64,000 bases of DNA, from the NCBI GenBank assembly GCA_039030515.1, contig JBCCEA010000012.1, positions 39,546 through 103,545 on the forward strand, in the 5' to 3' direction. Within the stretch, counting starts at the first letter, position 1, and the number at the start of each line of letters is the position of its first letter. Source of the DNA: Myxococcota bacterium. Its GTDB lineage: Bacteria > Myxococcota_A > Polyangia > Polyangiales > Houyiibacteriaceae. The notes beneath the pieces were generated by a model. That model was given only the letters and a program-made list of their open reading frames with translations, was not told where the DNA came from and searched no databases. Below are positions 51,298-59,594 of this stretch, in pieces. The translations under genes were made by a program, and so were the position numbers.

Positions 51298-51618
51298 CTA
51301 CCAGCTTCCATGACTACCGTGGGAACCGTGGCTGCCGTGGGAACCGTGGCTACCGTGGGAACCGTGGCTGCCGTGGGAACCGTGGCTGCCGTGGGAACCG
51401 TGGCTGCCGTGGGAACCGTGGCTGCCGTGGGAACCGTGGCTGCAGTGCTGGGCGCCCCTTTGAGCATCGAAAGGAGCAAGTCCTCCATGTTCGTCTGCAT
51501 TGGCCAGGGCCCGGTCAGAGATTTCCTGCTGATCAGGACTCAAAGAAACTCCAGCACCCTTTTGAAAGGTCGGTAGCTCTTCTTCTTCGGTCGATTTCTC
51601 TTTCTCAGCCATAGGCAT
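51298..51618 (-). CDS. hxsA: His-Xaa-Ser repeat precursor peptide: acidic leader then HC(SHG)15SW
   Basis: 16 consecutive H-x-S triads; lies between HxsB and HxsC-like radical SAM genes. Confidence 0.9.
   Translation of the reverse strand: MPMAEKEKSTEEEELPTFQKGAGVSLSPDQQEISDRALANADEHGGLAPFDAQRGAQHCSHGSHGSHGSHGSHGSHGSHGSHGSHGSHGSHGSHGSHGSHGSHGSW
51307..51441 (-). repeat. Coding tandem repeat, 9-bp period with 18-bp higher-order unit
   Basis: AGC CAC GGT TCC CAC GGC units; 135 nt = 15 SHG. Confidence 0.95.
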
Positions 51619-51773
51619 TCACTCACAAAATAAATGGAGTCCGTTGGTTCGAACGAGCCAGCGCACGTCAGCGCCTCTGACTACAAAGATAAGCTAGCAG
51701 GTTAGTCAGGAAACTGCTCCGGAAAATCTTCGAGCGCTCCTTCACTGCGCAGTGTCTGCAAGCAACTCGCGAT

Positions 51774-53282
51774 CTACGAGGAGCTCGGATTCGTCTCAGC
51801 AGGATGAAGAAAATGGTCGCGAGATCGATTGGTCGTCCATCGCTCCAATACAGCCAGGGTCTCGGCATCAGAGTCACCTAGCTTCTCAAATAGGTAGTCC
51901 TGAATCCCCTTATGTACCTGGCAGAGCGTGCTCTCTCGCATCCGTCCAAACAACGTCCCTTGAGTCTTGTAGCTATGAACGGGAGGTATGCCGCAGTAAG
52001 GAACGTAGACGCAGTTGACGCAATCCGGCTGCCCTTCCAACTGCGAGGCGATGACCACCGCGCGCACCGTCTCGTGACCTACGACTTCCCGATAAGAGGA
52101 GGTCGAAACATTACCGAGAGCAAACGTATCGTCTCCGCTGTGGTGCAGCATGCGCCCTTCGTCACAAGTAAAGATTCGACCGTCGTAGTTGTAAGCGAGT
52201 TGCCCTATTCCCGCGCCCGACGGGCTGCGGATATCCAAAAAGTTGGGATCTTCACCCGACAAGATCTTGGTCAGGAAGATCGCGGCATAGCGCTCGAGGA
52301 TCTCCACTCCTTGCAGATTCAACTCGATCATGTAGTCGACCGCAGAGCGATAAAACTCGAGATACTCAGACCTTGGGTATTCGAATAGATGGGCGGTTCG
52401 AGATGCCCAGCCGAAGGGATCGAGAGGTCTCAAAAAGAGAGCCCTACATCCCAAGTCGACGTACGTATCGACCAAATCTTTCCAGCGGCTCAGTAGAGGT
52501 CGCGTGGTCGTGACCAGCGCCTCCACATGGTACAGTGTGGGATCGAGGTTTAGTTCCGAGTACTTCTCGTTGATACGCCTGATCCAGCCAGATGCTACTT
52601 CGTGAGAGGAACCGCCCGCAAGCTTCCGCTGCTTGTCATGGATATCCTGCGGCCCGTCGATACTCGTGCAGATTTGTACTCGATGTTCGAGCAGCCAAGA
52701 CAGCTTCTCTTCGGTCATCAATGCGAGATTGCTGACCATTGTGAACTCAAGCTCTTTACCGAGACGGCGACTCTTATCTAGAGCGTAGTGCACCACGTGC
52801 TTGAGGACCTCCCAGTTGACGAGAGGTTCGCCGCCCTGAAACTCGATGGTCACGTAGGGATTGGTGGTCTGCAGCAGGAAATCCACGGTTTTTTCTGCAA
52901 CCTCAGCCGTCATATCGGTCTGTACCGCATCCATATTTGCCCTTGAGGCGTGGCAATAGGCGCAAGTTTCGTTGCAGCGCAGAGTAAGAACTAGAACGTG
53001 AAGGTTTGGTCCGGAATGAATAAATCTCTTGCGCCGACGAATAGACGCCGCCGCCGCCGGTACGTCAACATGGTCACGCAGAAAATTCTTGGCCCGGAGC
53101 CGCTCAAAAAGCGAGCTGCCTTCTTCCAACTCTCCTCGAGTAAAGGCCTCGAACTCGTCGGATTCGAGCAGAATCCAGCCTCCGTCGATTCCGGTCAGCA
53201 GCACGCGTTCCCCGATTTGCCGAAAACGGAAAAACGCAGCGTGCTTTGTGGTGGCGCCGCTCGGCAAGCGTGGACTAGTCAC
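51774..53282 (-). CDS. hxsB: His-Xaa-Ser system radical SAM/SPASM maturase HxsB
   Basis: CNETCAYC, IEFQGGEP, 'DIRSPSGAGIGQLAYNYDG.IFTCDEGRM', CVNCVYVPYCG. Confidence 0.9.
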   Translation of the reverse strand: MTSPRLPSGATTKHAAFFRFRQIGERVLLTGIDGGWILLESDEFEAFTRGELEEGSSLFERLRAKNFLRDHVDVPAAAASIRRRKRFIHSGPNLHVLVLTLRCNETCAYCHASRANMDAVQTDMTAEVAEKTVDFLLQTTNPYVTIEFQGGEPLVNWEVLKHVVHYALDKSRRLGKELEFTMVSNLALMTEEKLSWLLEHRVQICTSIDGPQDIHDKQRKLAGGSSHEVASGWIRRINEKYSELNLDPTLYHVEALVTTTRPLLSRWKDLVDTYVDLGCRALFLRPLDPFGWASRTAHLFEYPRSEYLEFYRSAVDYMIELNLQGVEILERYAAIFLTKILSGEDPNFLDIRSPSGAGIGQLAYNYDGRIFTCDEGRMLHHSGDDTFALGNVSTSSYREVVGHETVRAVVIASQLEGQPDCVNCVYVPYCGIPPVHSYKTQGTLFGRMRESTLCQVHKGIQDYLFEKLGDSDAETLAVLERWTTNRSRDHFLHPAETNPSSS

Positions 53283-53563
53283 CGCAGGCCCTCGGAGTCT
53301 GACGCGTTCAGTTCATCGGACATCCCCCGGCTTCGGGCTCGAATGGTCAATCCCAGGGCAAAATTGGAGACCTCTCCAGCAACGCGTCGTTCCTTTTTGG
53401 AAGGAGGCCCATCTTCGTCTCCATCTTGCTCGAAGAGACACACCTCCCAGTAATCAGGAGACTCCTTGCGGGTAGTCGCGACGTAGGGTGCGTACACCTG
53501 GAGCGCCTCGTCTACGCACGCGCCGGGATAGAGATCGCGACGAAAACGAATTCGTACGCTCAC
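53279..53563 (-). CDS. HxsD-like small protein
   Basis: GTGA overlaps with both neighbours; 'FRRDLY...VDEALQVY...AGEVSNFAL' parallels the adjacent HxsD pattern. Confidence 0.7.
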   Translation of the reverse strand: MSVRIRFRRDLYPGACVDEALQVYAPYVATTRKESPDYWEVCLFEQDGDEDGPPSKKERRVAGEVSNFALGLTIRARSRGMSDELNASDSEGLR

Positions 53564-54054
53564 GACGGTTCTTCCTTTGATTTCTTGGCGTACTTCTCTT
53601 CCCAACTCATCGCGATCCCGAGAGGGTCTTCGAAAGGCTCTTCCGAAAAGTCAAAGTCTTCAAGTTCGTCGAGTGTCGGTGGGCCCATCGCGCCAGCGAT
53701 CGCCTGCATGGTAATCGATTCAAGCGTAGCTCGATTTTCCTCGGTAATCCGAAGTCTGAAGGCACAGGCCATCAACTCGTTGGCAAACTCTCCGACGAGA
53801 GATCGTAGGGCGTTCAGTTCGGGCGCGGACGCCGCATTCTTCAGCGTCAGATGGACCCGCACGCTCGTTTCCTTTGGGCGGTCCAGAAATACAAACGCTC
53901 GGTCGATAAAAGTAAAGGAAGCTCCAAATATCGCATCGAGCGGGAAGAGCTCGGTTTGGATCTCCAATGCGATCCCCTGCGCGCCGTGAAGCTCTTGAAG
54001 CTGGACTAGACCAGCGGGCAAACCGCCGACCGCCTGAGACGCATGTGCACTCAC
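53560..54054 (-). CDS. hxsD: His-Xaa-Ser system protein HxsD
   Basis: 'ELFPLDAIFGASFTFIDRAFVFLD...GEFANELM..AFRLRI.EENRA' plus position upstream of hxsB. Confidence 0.8.
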   Translation of the reverse strand: MSAHASQAVGGLPAGLVQLQELHGAQGIALEIQTELFPLDAIFGASFTFIDRAFVFLDRPKETSVRVHLTLKNAASAPELNALRSLVGEFANELMACAFRLRITEENRATLESITMQAIAGAMGPPTLDELEDFDFSEEPFEDPLGIAMSWEEKYAKKSKEEPS

Positions 54055-54100
54055 GTTAACTCCTTAGATGGAAAGGACTGCTCCCGTCAACCCGAGCCAT

Positions 54101-55939
54101 CTACGACAGCTTCGAGGCCATCTTCTGCTCACCTCGCCGGCGGTACCACAGCATCCATTGGTTGCTGCCAAGGAGATTCACCGGCGACTCCTCGACGAGT
54201 TCGAACTGTGGGTGTCGGGCGAGCAGTGCCTTCACCTCGGCCGCACCGTCGTTGCGGAAATGCTCCAAACCTGCGGCACTAGATTCCGCTCTATCGGTTT
54301 GAGATCGGCTTCGCGCCAGTCCGAAGGCGACATTGTCTACGATCGCAAGCGAACCACCGTCGCGTAAACAATGCGCACAGGCGGCAATGACAAAGGCGGG
54401 ATCTTGAAGGTGATTCCAGCTTCTCAAAATGAGGATATGGTCAAAGGGTTGAGAGGATGTTTCTCGTTGCCGAAACCATGCTTCAGCAGTGCCCGCAACG
54501 AGATGGGCCCACGGCCAGGCCTTCCTTTGGCGCTCCACCAAGTCTTCGTCCGGATCGATTCCGGTATAGCAAAGCTGTGCAGCGGCGGCCGAGGCACCAA
54601 ACGCCTCCGCGTAGCGACCCTCTCCGAATCCTAAATCGAGCACGTCGCCGCGAAGCGTTCGGATTCGACGGGCCACGTCTTCATCTGATGGCCCAAACAC
54701 GTCAACGGCCCGCGGAACCCATAGCCCAGAGCACTCTGTCTGATGGACGCAACCTTCACAGCGCGGAGATCGATCGAGCTTTCGAAGGTCTGCCGCAAAA
54801 TCATCGACCGCCGCCTTACGAGAAACGTCGAGGTATACTTGGCCTCTTTGTAGCTTCGTTCGTTCGATCTCCGCATCGCTGAAGTCACGCGTATCCGCTC
54901 GAAAGAGCGCAACGCGCCCCCGATGTTCGACGAGCAAGTCGCGTCCACGATCCCAGGGCGAAATCCCAAGCGCTCCGTCGCGCAGCGGGCAGTCGACCTC
55001 ACCCCATTCGGCGAATCGCTGAAAGCGGTAGTTAAACGAATTGCTCCGGGGGCGCTCGAGACTCGGCACGAGACGCTCTCCGCCGGCGCGAAGCTCGATG
55101 TATCCGCGATACAACCCGGGACAACCACCCTGATGGACGCAGCCCTCACACTGGGGGAGATGGGCCTTATTGCGATCGTCTACCGGAAAAAAATCCGATT
55201 CGCCTACCTCTACCATGCTCCGGAAGCCGTGGGTCTTTAGGTCGTCGTAGCGGTCTTCAAGCCCCTTGAGATGACAAAGCGGAAACGCGCCGTGAACCAA
55301 CCGGCCCTCCGAATCGTATTTCGATTCACCGTACTCGATCGCATCGCGCACGCGCGCTGCGGCATCGAAGACATCGGGAGTGAGTGCACGAAACAGAAGT
55401 TCTCCACCACCCTTTGGCTCTACCATCGAAAACTTCAAACGGATGCGCTCATAGGGCATCACCAAATCCACCAACTCGCGAAGGTGATCGACATTCTGCC
55501 GAGTCACCACACAGTTGACCGTCACGTCGATAGGCCGACCGGCGAGTACCGAAAGTGCACCACAGGACTGCTCAAACGCATCAGCCCGAACCAGGCGATT
55601 GTGTACCCGCGCCGATCCCCCGTGTAGTGAGAGATAAACATACTTGAGGCCCAAAGACTGCAATCGATCGACCACTTCTGGGTAGCTCAACAGTCGACCA
55701 TTCGTGATCAATCCAAAATCCATCTTCAGCGCGGCAACCTCAGCGGCCCAGTGCATCAGTTCAGATCGGATGGTCGGCTCCCCTCCTGAAAGCACCACCA
55801 TCGTATGACCAAGCTCTTTGGCCCTACGAATCTTCCGCGACACTTCAGCTGCCTCCGCATCGATGGAGCGCAGCTCGAGCGTGTGACAGAACGTGCAGTG
55901 CTCGTTGCATCCGTAACCGACTTTGATCATGGCTTTCAT
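54101..55939 (-). CDS. HxsC-like radical SAM fused to a class I SAM-dependent methyltransferase
   Basis: CNEHCTFC, LSGGEPT, FPLC, two CEGCVHQ..C.G motifs; C-terminal VLDLGFGEG...YTGID...WNHL. Start could also be 55948 or 55957. Confidence 0.88.
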   Translation of the reverse strand: MKAMIKVGYGCNEHCTFCHTLELRSIDAEAAEVSRKIRRAKELGHTMVVLSGGEPTIRSELMHWAAEVAALKMDFGLITNGRLLSYPEVVDRLQSLGLKYVYLSLHGGSARVHNRLVRADAFEQSCGALSVLAGRPIDVTVNCVVTRQNVDHLRELVDLVMPYERIRLKFSMVEPKGGGELLFRALTPDVFDAAARVRDAIEYGESKYDSEGRLVHGAFPLCHLKGLEDRYDDLKTHGFRSMVEVGESDFFPVDDRNKAHLPQCEGCVHQGGCPGLYRGYIELRAGGERLVPSLERPRSNSFNYRFQRFAEWGEVDCPLRDGALGISPWDRGRDLLVEHRGRVALFRADTRDFSDAEIERTKLQRGQVYLDVSRKAAVDDFAADLRKLDRSPRCEGCVHQTECSGLWVPRAVDVFGPSDEDVARRIRTLRGDVLDLGFGEGRYAEAFGASAAAAQLCYTGIDPDEDLVERQRKAWPWAHLVAGTAEAWFRQRETSSQPFDHILILRSWNHLQDPAFVIAACAHCLRDGGSLAIVDNVAFGLARSRSQTDRAESSAAGLEHFRNDGAAEVKALLARHPQFELVEESPVNLLGSNQWMLWYRRRGEQKMASKLS

Positions 55940-56630
55940 CAATGCCATCCACTCCAAAGCATCCGATGCGTTCGAACTCGAACTCAGACGACCACAGTCT
56001 ACCGCCGTTCAGACCCTACGTTGTCACTGACGCTAGGCCGGCTGAGTCGGCCAAGAGACTCGATGTGTGCTGCTTGAATAAGATACAGGGTGACGCACGC
56101 CTGCTCGATCGTCGAACCGCTTCTCGCGCACACTGCGACAATTTGATCGAAAAGAAGTTAAAGATTTCAGCAAACGCGCCGGAAAAAGCGATCAAAAAAC
56201 GGCTTCGGTCCGTCGCGAGGCGCGTTCATGCGTTCGCCAAGCGAAAGGGCGCCCTTTTTGTCGAGAACCGTTCGAGCGTATCGGCGCAACCCGTGATAGG
56301 TACGTGGCAATACGCGACATTTTGAGTCCGCAATAGGCGATCTACCTCGGCCTACTCAAGGAGGAGCGTGAGACCACAACCAGCGGTCTAGGAAACGACG
56401 CTTTTGAGTATTTGTTCGAAAAGATTAGACGCTTCCCGTGTCGATTCCCAAGCCGTCGCGCCTCAGATGCCTGTATCCGCTAGTGGATCTGGGTATGAAT
56501 CTAAGTTGCCTTGTCAACCGAGCGGAGCTCGCCAAATCGGCCGACTTCCGCAAACCCCTCGTTTCCCGCCGCGGCTCTTTTTGCGGTCACAGCCTCTCGG
56601 CTCCAAGTCAGACACTGAGGGAGGCCTACG

Positions 56631-57257
56631 CTGACTGAGGACTCTCAAGCTCTGGCTGAAGATTCTCGAGTCCAGGCCACACCTGAGAGGCCATCGATCG
56701 ACCTTCGCCAACTCCTGGTCCGCTTTTTCGCGCTTACCACATTACTCGTCGTAACCCTGGTGTCGTTGAGCGTGATCTTTCGTGAAGACTTTCTGACGGT
56801 CGGCAACTGGTTCGTCCGCTCCTTTGGAGCCTTGGGTGTGTTCTTTGGGTTCCTCATACCGGACGCGCTCACGGTACCGATACCGCAAGACGCGTTCATG
56901 GCATTTGCTCTGGCGGGCGGCATGCCTTTTGAAGCTGTGGTGGGAGCGGCAAGCACCGGAAGTTTGGTAGGCGGAAGCTTGGGATGGCTTCTCGGACGCC
57001 AACTAAGACGGACTGCCTGGTATCGCAGGGTTACGGACCGACGTGCTATCGACGCCGAAGCGCTGATGCACCGTTACGGTTTGCAGGCGCTCGCGGTGGC
57101 CGCAGTCACACCTTTGCCCTACTCGGTGATGTGTTGGGCCAGTGGCGCGCTCGGTGTGCCCTACGCGCAGTTCATCCTTGTTTCGCTGCTCCGGATTCTT
57201 CGGGTCGCGGTCTATTTGTGGCTTATCCAAATGGGTTTGATCAACGTTCTCTCATAG
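56631..57257 (+). CDS. DedA/YqaA (VTT/SNARE-associated) membrane protein
   Basis: 'PIPQD', 'GSLVGGSLGW..G', 'RYG...AAVTPLPY', 'R.LR'. Probable CTG start at 56631 after GAGGGAGG. Confidence 0.85.
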   Translation: MTEDSQALAEDSRVQATPERPSIDLRQLLVRFFALTTLLVVTLVSLSVIFREDFLTVGNWFVRSFGALGVFFGFLIPDALTVPIPQDAFMAFALAGGMPFEAVVGAASTGSLVGGSLGWLLGRQLRRTAWYRRVTDRRAIDAEALMHRYGLQALAVAAVTPLPYSVMCWASGALGVPYAQFILVSLLRILRVAVYLWLIQMGLINVLS

Positions 57258-57388
57258 GTCGCGCTCGCTCTGAAACGCCAGCCCCTTTGAGAGGGCCAAG
57301 ATTTGCTGATCCGATCTGTGGGCGGTACTCCGCAGGGGACCATCCCCATTCAGCTTCCTACAACTTGATACAAAGTCGGATTCAGAGG

Positions 57389-58048
57389 TTAAGCGGCGTT
57401 GCCTGAAGGCAGACCCGTGATGCGAACGCCGGTGCCGCCGCACTGGTAGCGTTCGTTCAAATAGATCAGAACCGGCGTGAGCGATTCAAGAGCGATGGCG
57501 TTGCAGAGTGGACCGGCGTCAAACGCCCGAACGCCCAAATCCTCGAGGAGTGGGAGAACTACGTCCTTCGCCTCCTCGTCATCAGAGCAGAGCAACACAT
57601 CACCGCCAATGTCGCGTTCGACCGCAGAAAGATGCGCGGAGCTGACGTGGTGCAGCGTGGCCACGTAGCGAGCCTTCGGAGCCAGCGCCCTTCCCTCGAG
57701 CGCGGCTGAGGTGCCCGGCGGGAGACGAACCTCGCCGATCGTTGGAGGAACCAGAGGAACGGTGATGTCGATGAGAATCTTGCCGGCAAGTGATTCGCCA
57801 AAGCGTGACAGAGTCTCACGATGGGCCGTGTAGGGCACGGCGAGCACCACGACCTCCGCCGCCGGGAGTATCGCATCGTTACTGCTCCCTTGGAGTACGA
57901 CCCGATATTCTTGACTCAGCTCTAGCGCCCGCTGCTGCGCGCGACCTGCATCGCGCGAACCGATCACCACGGAATGACCAGCCCGAGCCCAGCGGAGAGC
58001 AAGACCCTTCCCCTCCTTGCCCGTTCCACCGATGATCGCAATTCGCAT
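57389..58048 (-). CDS. npdG: NADPH-dependent F420 reductase
   Basis: MRIAIIGGTGKEG.GLA.RWA, IGSR, VLAVP, IDITVP, DAGPL.NA..LESLT. Confidence 0.88.
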   Translation of the reverse strand: MRIAIIGGTGKEGKGLALRWARAGHSVVIGSRDAGRAQQRALELSQEYRVVLQGSSNDAILPAAEVVVLAVPYTAHRETLSRFGESLAGKILIDITVPLVPPTIGEVRLPPGTSAALEGRALAPKARYVATLHHVSSAHLSAVERDIGGDVLLCSDDEEAKDVVLPLLEDLGVRAFDAGPLCNAIALESLTPVLIYLNERYQCGGTGVRITGLPSGNAA

Positions 58049-58239
58049 AGATGTTGTCCTTCCTCCGTCGATGCACACCGCTGGACGGGGCTGCATGATA
58101 AAGCACCCTACTCGATATCCCGGGCACCCTCCCCCTACAGCCGCTCTCGACCTGATCAACCGGCTTTCTCTATGACTCGCAACTCAGTAGTTGAACGTCG
58201 ACATCGTCAATCTTGCGTTCCCCGGGGCGGTCGGAGTGT

Positions 58240-59193
58240 TCAAACTCGGGTCGACGACTTTCGTTGGCGACGCATCACGAACGTACGCAGACCGCCAACC
58301 TCGGAGATCAGCGGCACACTCACGCCTGCCAAGATAACGAGACCGCCGAAAAGCTCTCCCCGGGTAGGCCAGGTTCCGAGGAACACCCAAGAGAACAAGA
58401 GCGCCCAAACCGGACTGCTCATGGCGACAAGCGCGGTGTAACGCGCCTCGAGGTAGGCCGCAGAAAACATGAACGGCAGCCTAGAGCCCAGCGGTCCGAC
58501 GAGCGCAGCAAGCGCCGCATATCCGACGAGGGGCAGGGAGAGATCTGACGGCAGTTGGAATCCCTTCATAGCAAGCAGCAAGGGGATGCAGAGCCAAAGC
58601 CGATCCGCATTGAGCCTGGAGGGGGCGATGCGCTTGATATACTTACGGGTCAGCACGTTCATGCTCGCAAAGGACGTGGCCGCCAGCACCCCATACGCCA
58701 CTCCTTCCAGTCGCAGGCTCGACCCGTCGTCCAAACGCTGGGTCAGGACGACGCCGCATCCTGCGATGAGGCAACCGATCCAAAAAGCGGGCCGAACGCG
58801 CTCTCCGATGAAGATCCAAGCCAAGATCGCGATGACGATCACTTCGATGCGGAGCAACACGCTGACGAGCGGAGGCGAAAGCGCACCGACCGACGCCGCA
58901 CTCCCCACGTTCCCCGCGATCGAACACACCGCAAACACCGCGGTAAGTGTCCAATGAAGCTTCGCACTGTGGCGCTTGGTTTCGGCTTTGTCTGCGCGGT
59001 TGCCCCAAAGCCGCGCCGCAAGCGAAAAGATTGTGTTAACCGTCGCTGCTACGGTGACCATCACCAGCACCATCGACTCTTTGCTGCCGTGCTGCGAGGC
59101 GAGCTTCCACGGCACAACGAACGCTCCTCCGCCCATGGCGCCTAGGAGCGCCAGCAGCAAACCTCGCCGAACCAAGTGATCTGTTTGTGCCAC
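58240..59193 (-). CDS. DMT/EamA family transporter
   Basis: About 10 TM helices in two repeats; 'AWIFIGER', 'WVFLGTWP...GG.VIL.G'. Confidence 0.85.
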   Translation of the reverse strand: MAQTDHLVRRGLLLALLGAMGGGAFVVPWKLASQHGSKESMVLVMVTVAATVNTIFSLAARLWGNRADKAETKRHSAKLHWTLTAVFAVCSIAGNVGSAASVGALSPPLVSVLLRIEVIVIAILAWIFIGERVRPAFWIGCLIAGCGVVLTQRLDDGSSLRLEGVAYGVLAATSFASMNVLTRKYIKRIAPSRLNADRLWLCIPLLLAMKGFQLPSDLSLPLVGYAALAALVGPLGSRLPFMFSAAYLEARYTALVAMSSPVWALLFSWVFLGTWPTRGELFGGLVILAGVSVPLISEVGGLRTFVMRRQRKSSTRV

Positions 59194-59566
59194 GACAGCG
59201 CTTCTCTAGACTGTTTCTCGACTGAAGCAAATCCCGGCCCGCTCACCTGAGCGTGCCCAATAGAAGCCGCTCAGGAGACGTGTGGTTGGAGCCAGCCGTC
59301 GTTCCTTTGTTTTGGCGATGCCCAAACAGCGGACAGCACGGGACGAAATGGACGGCAAAACGGACGTGGCGAGGATTCGGTTCGCTTCGGACGGCTCTGC
59401 GCGGCACCGGCATTGAGCACACTCCGGTTCGCCAACCCTGAGAACCCAAACTCGTGCCAGGGTGTGCCAAAGCGCGAGTCGGTTGCGCCTAGAAGCGGAC
59501 GTCGATCTCCTCCGAGCGAGGTATCAACCTCCCATGTTTACCTGCGGTTTCAGGGCTTAGTCACAG

Positions 59567-59582
59567 CGGCACATATGTTGCT
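59567..59582 (+). promoter_or_regulatory. Candidate sigma54 -24/-12 promoter
   Basis: CGGCAC-ATATG-TTGCT with exact GG-N10-GC spacing, just upstream of ATG 59595. Confidence 0.45.
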
Positions 59583-59594
59583 CACGCACTCGAC

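Noticed and set aside
51307..51441. Possible CRISPR array
   Set aside because: Contiguous repeats with no spacers, protein-coding, and no cas genes.
51291..51576. Alternative-frame ORFs over the repeat (PTAATV on minus; GTVAAV in 50851..51576 on plus)
   Set aside because: By-products of a stop-free repeat. The SHG frame fits the adjacent HxsB/HxsD genes, and base variation between units is synonymous in that frame.
56358..56391. AAGGAGG followed by a 7-codon micro-ORF (GTG...TAG)
   Set aside because: SD-to-start spacing is only about 3 nt and there is no other support.
55942..56634. ORFs 55942..56325 and 56404..56634 as extra precursor peptides
   Set aside because: No HxS repeats or leader similarity; likely intergenic promoter DNA.
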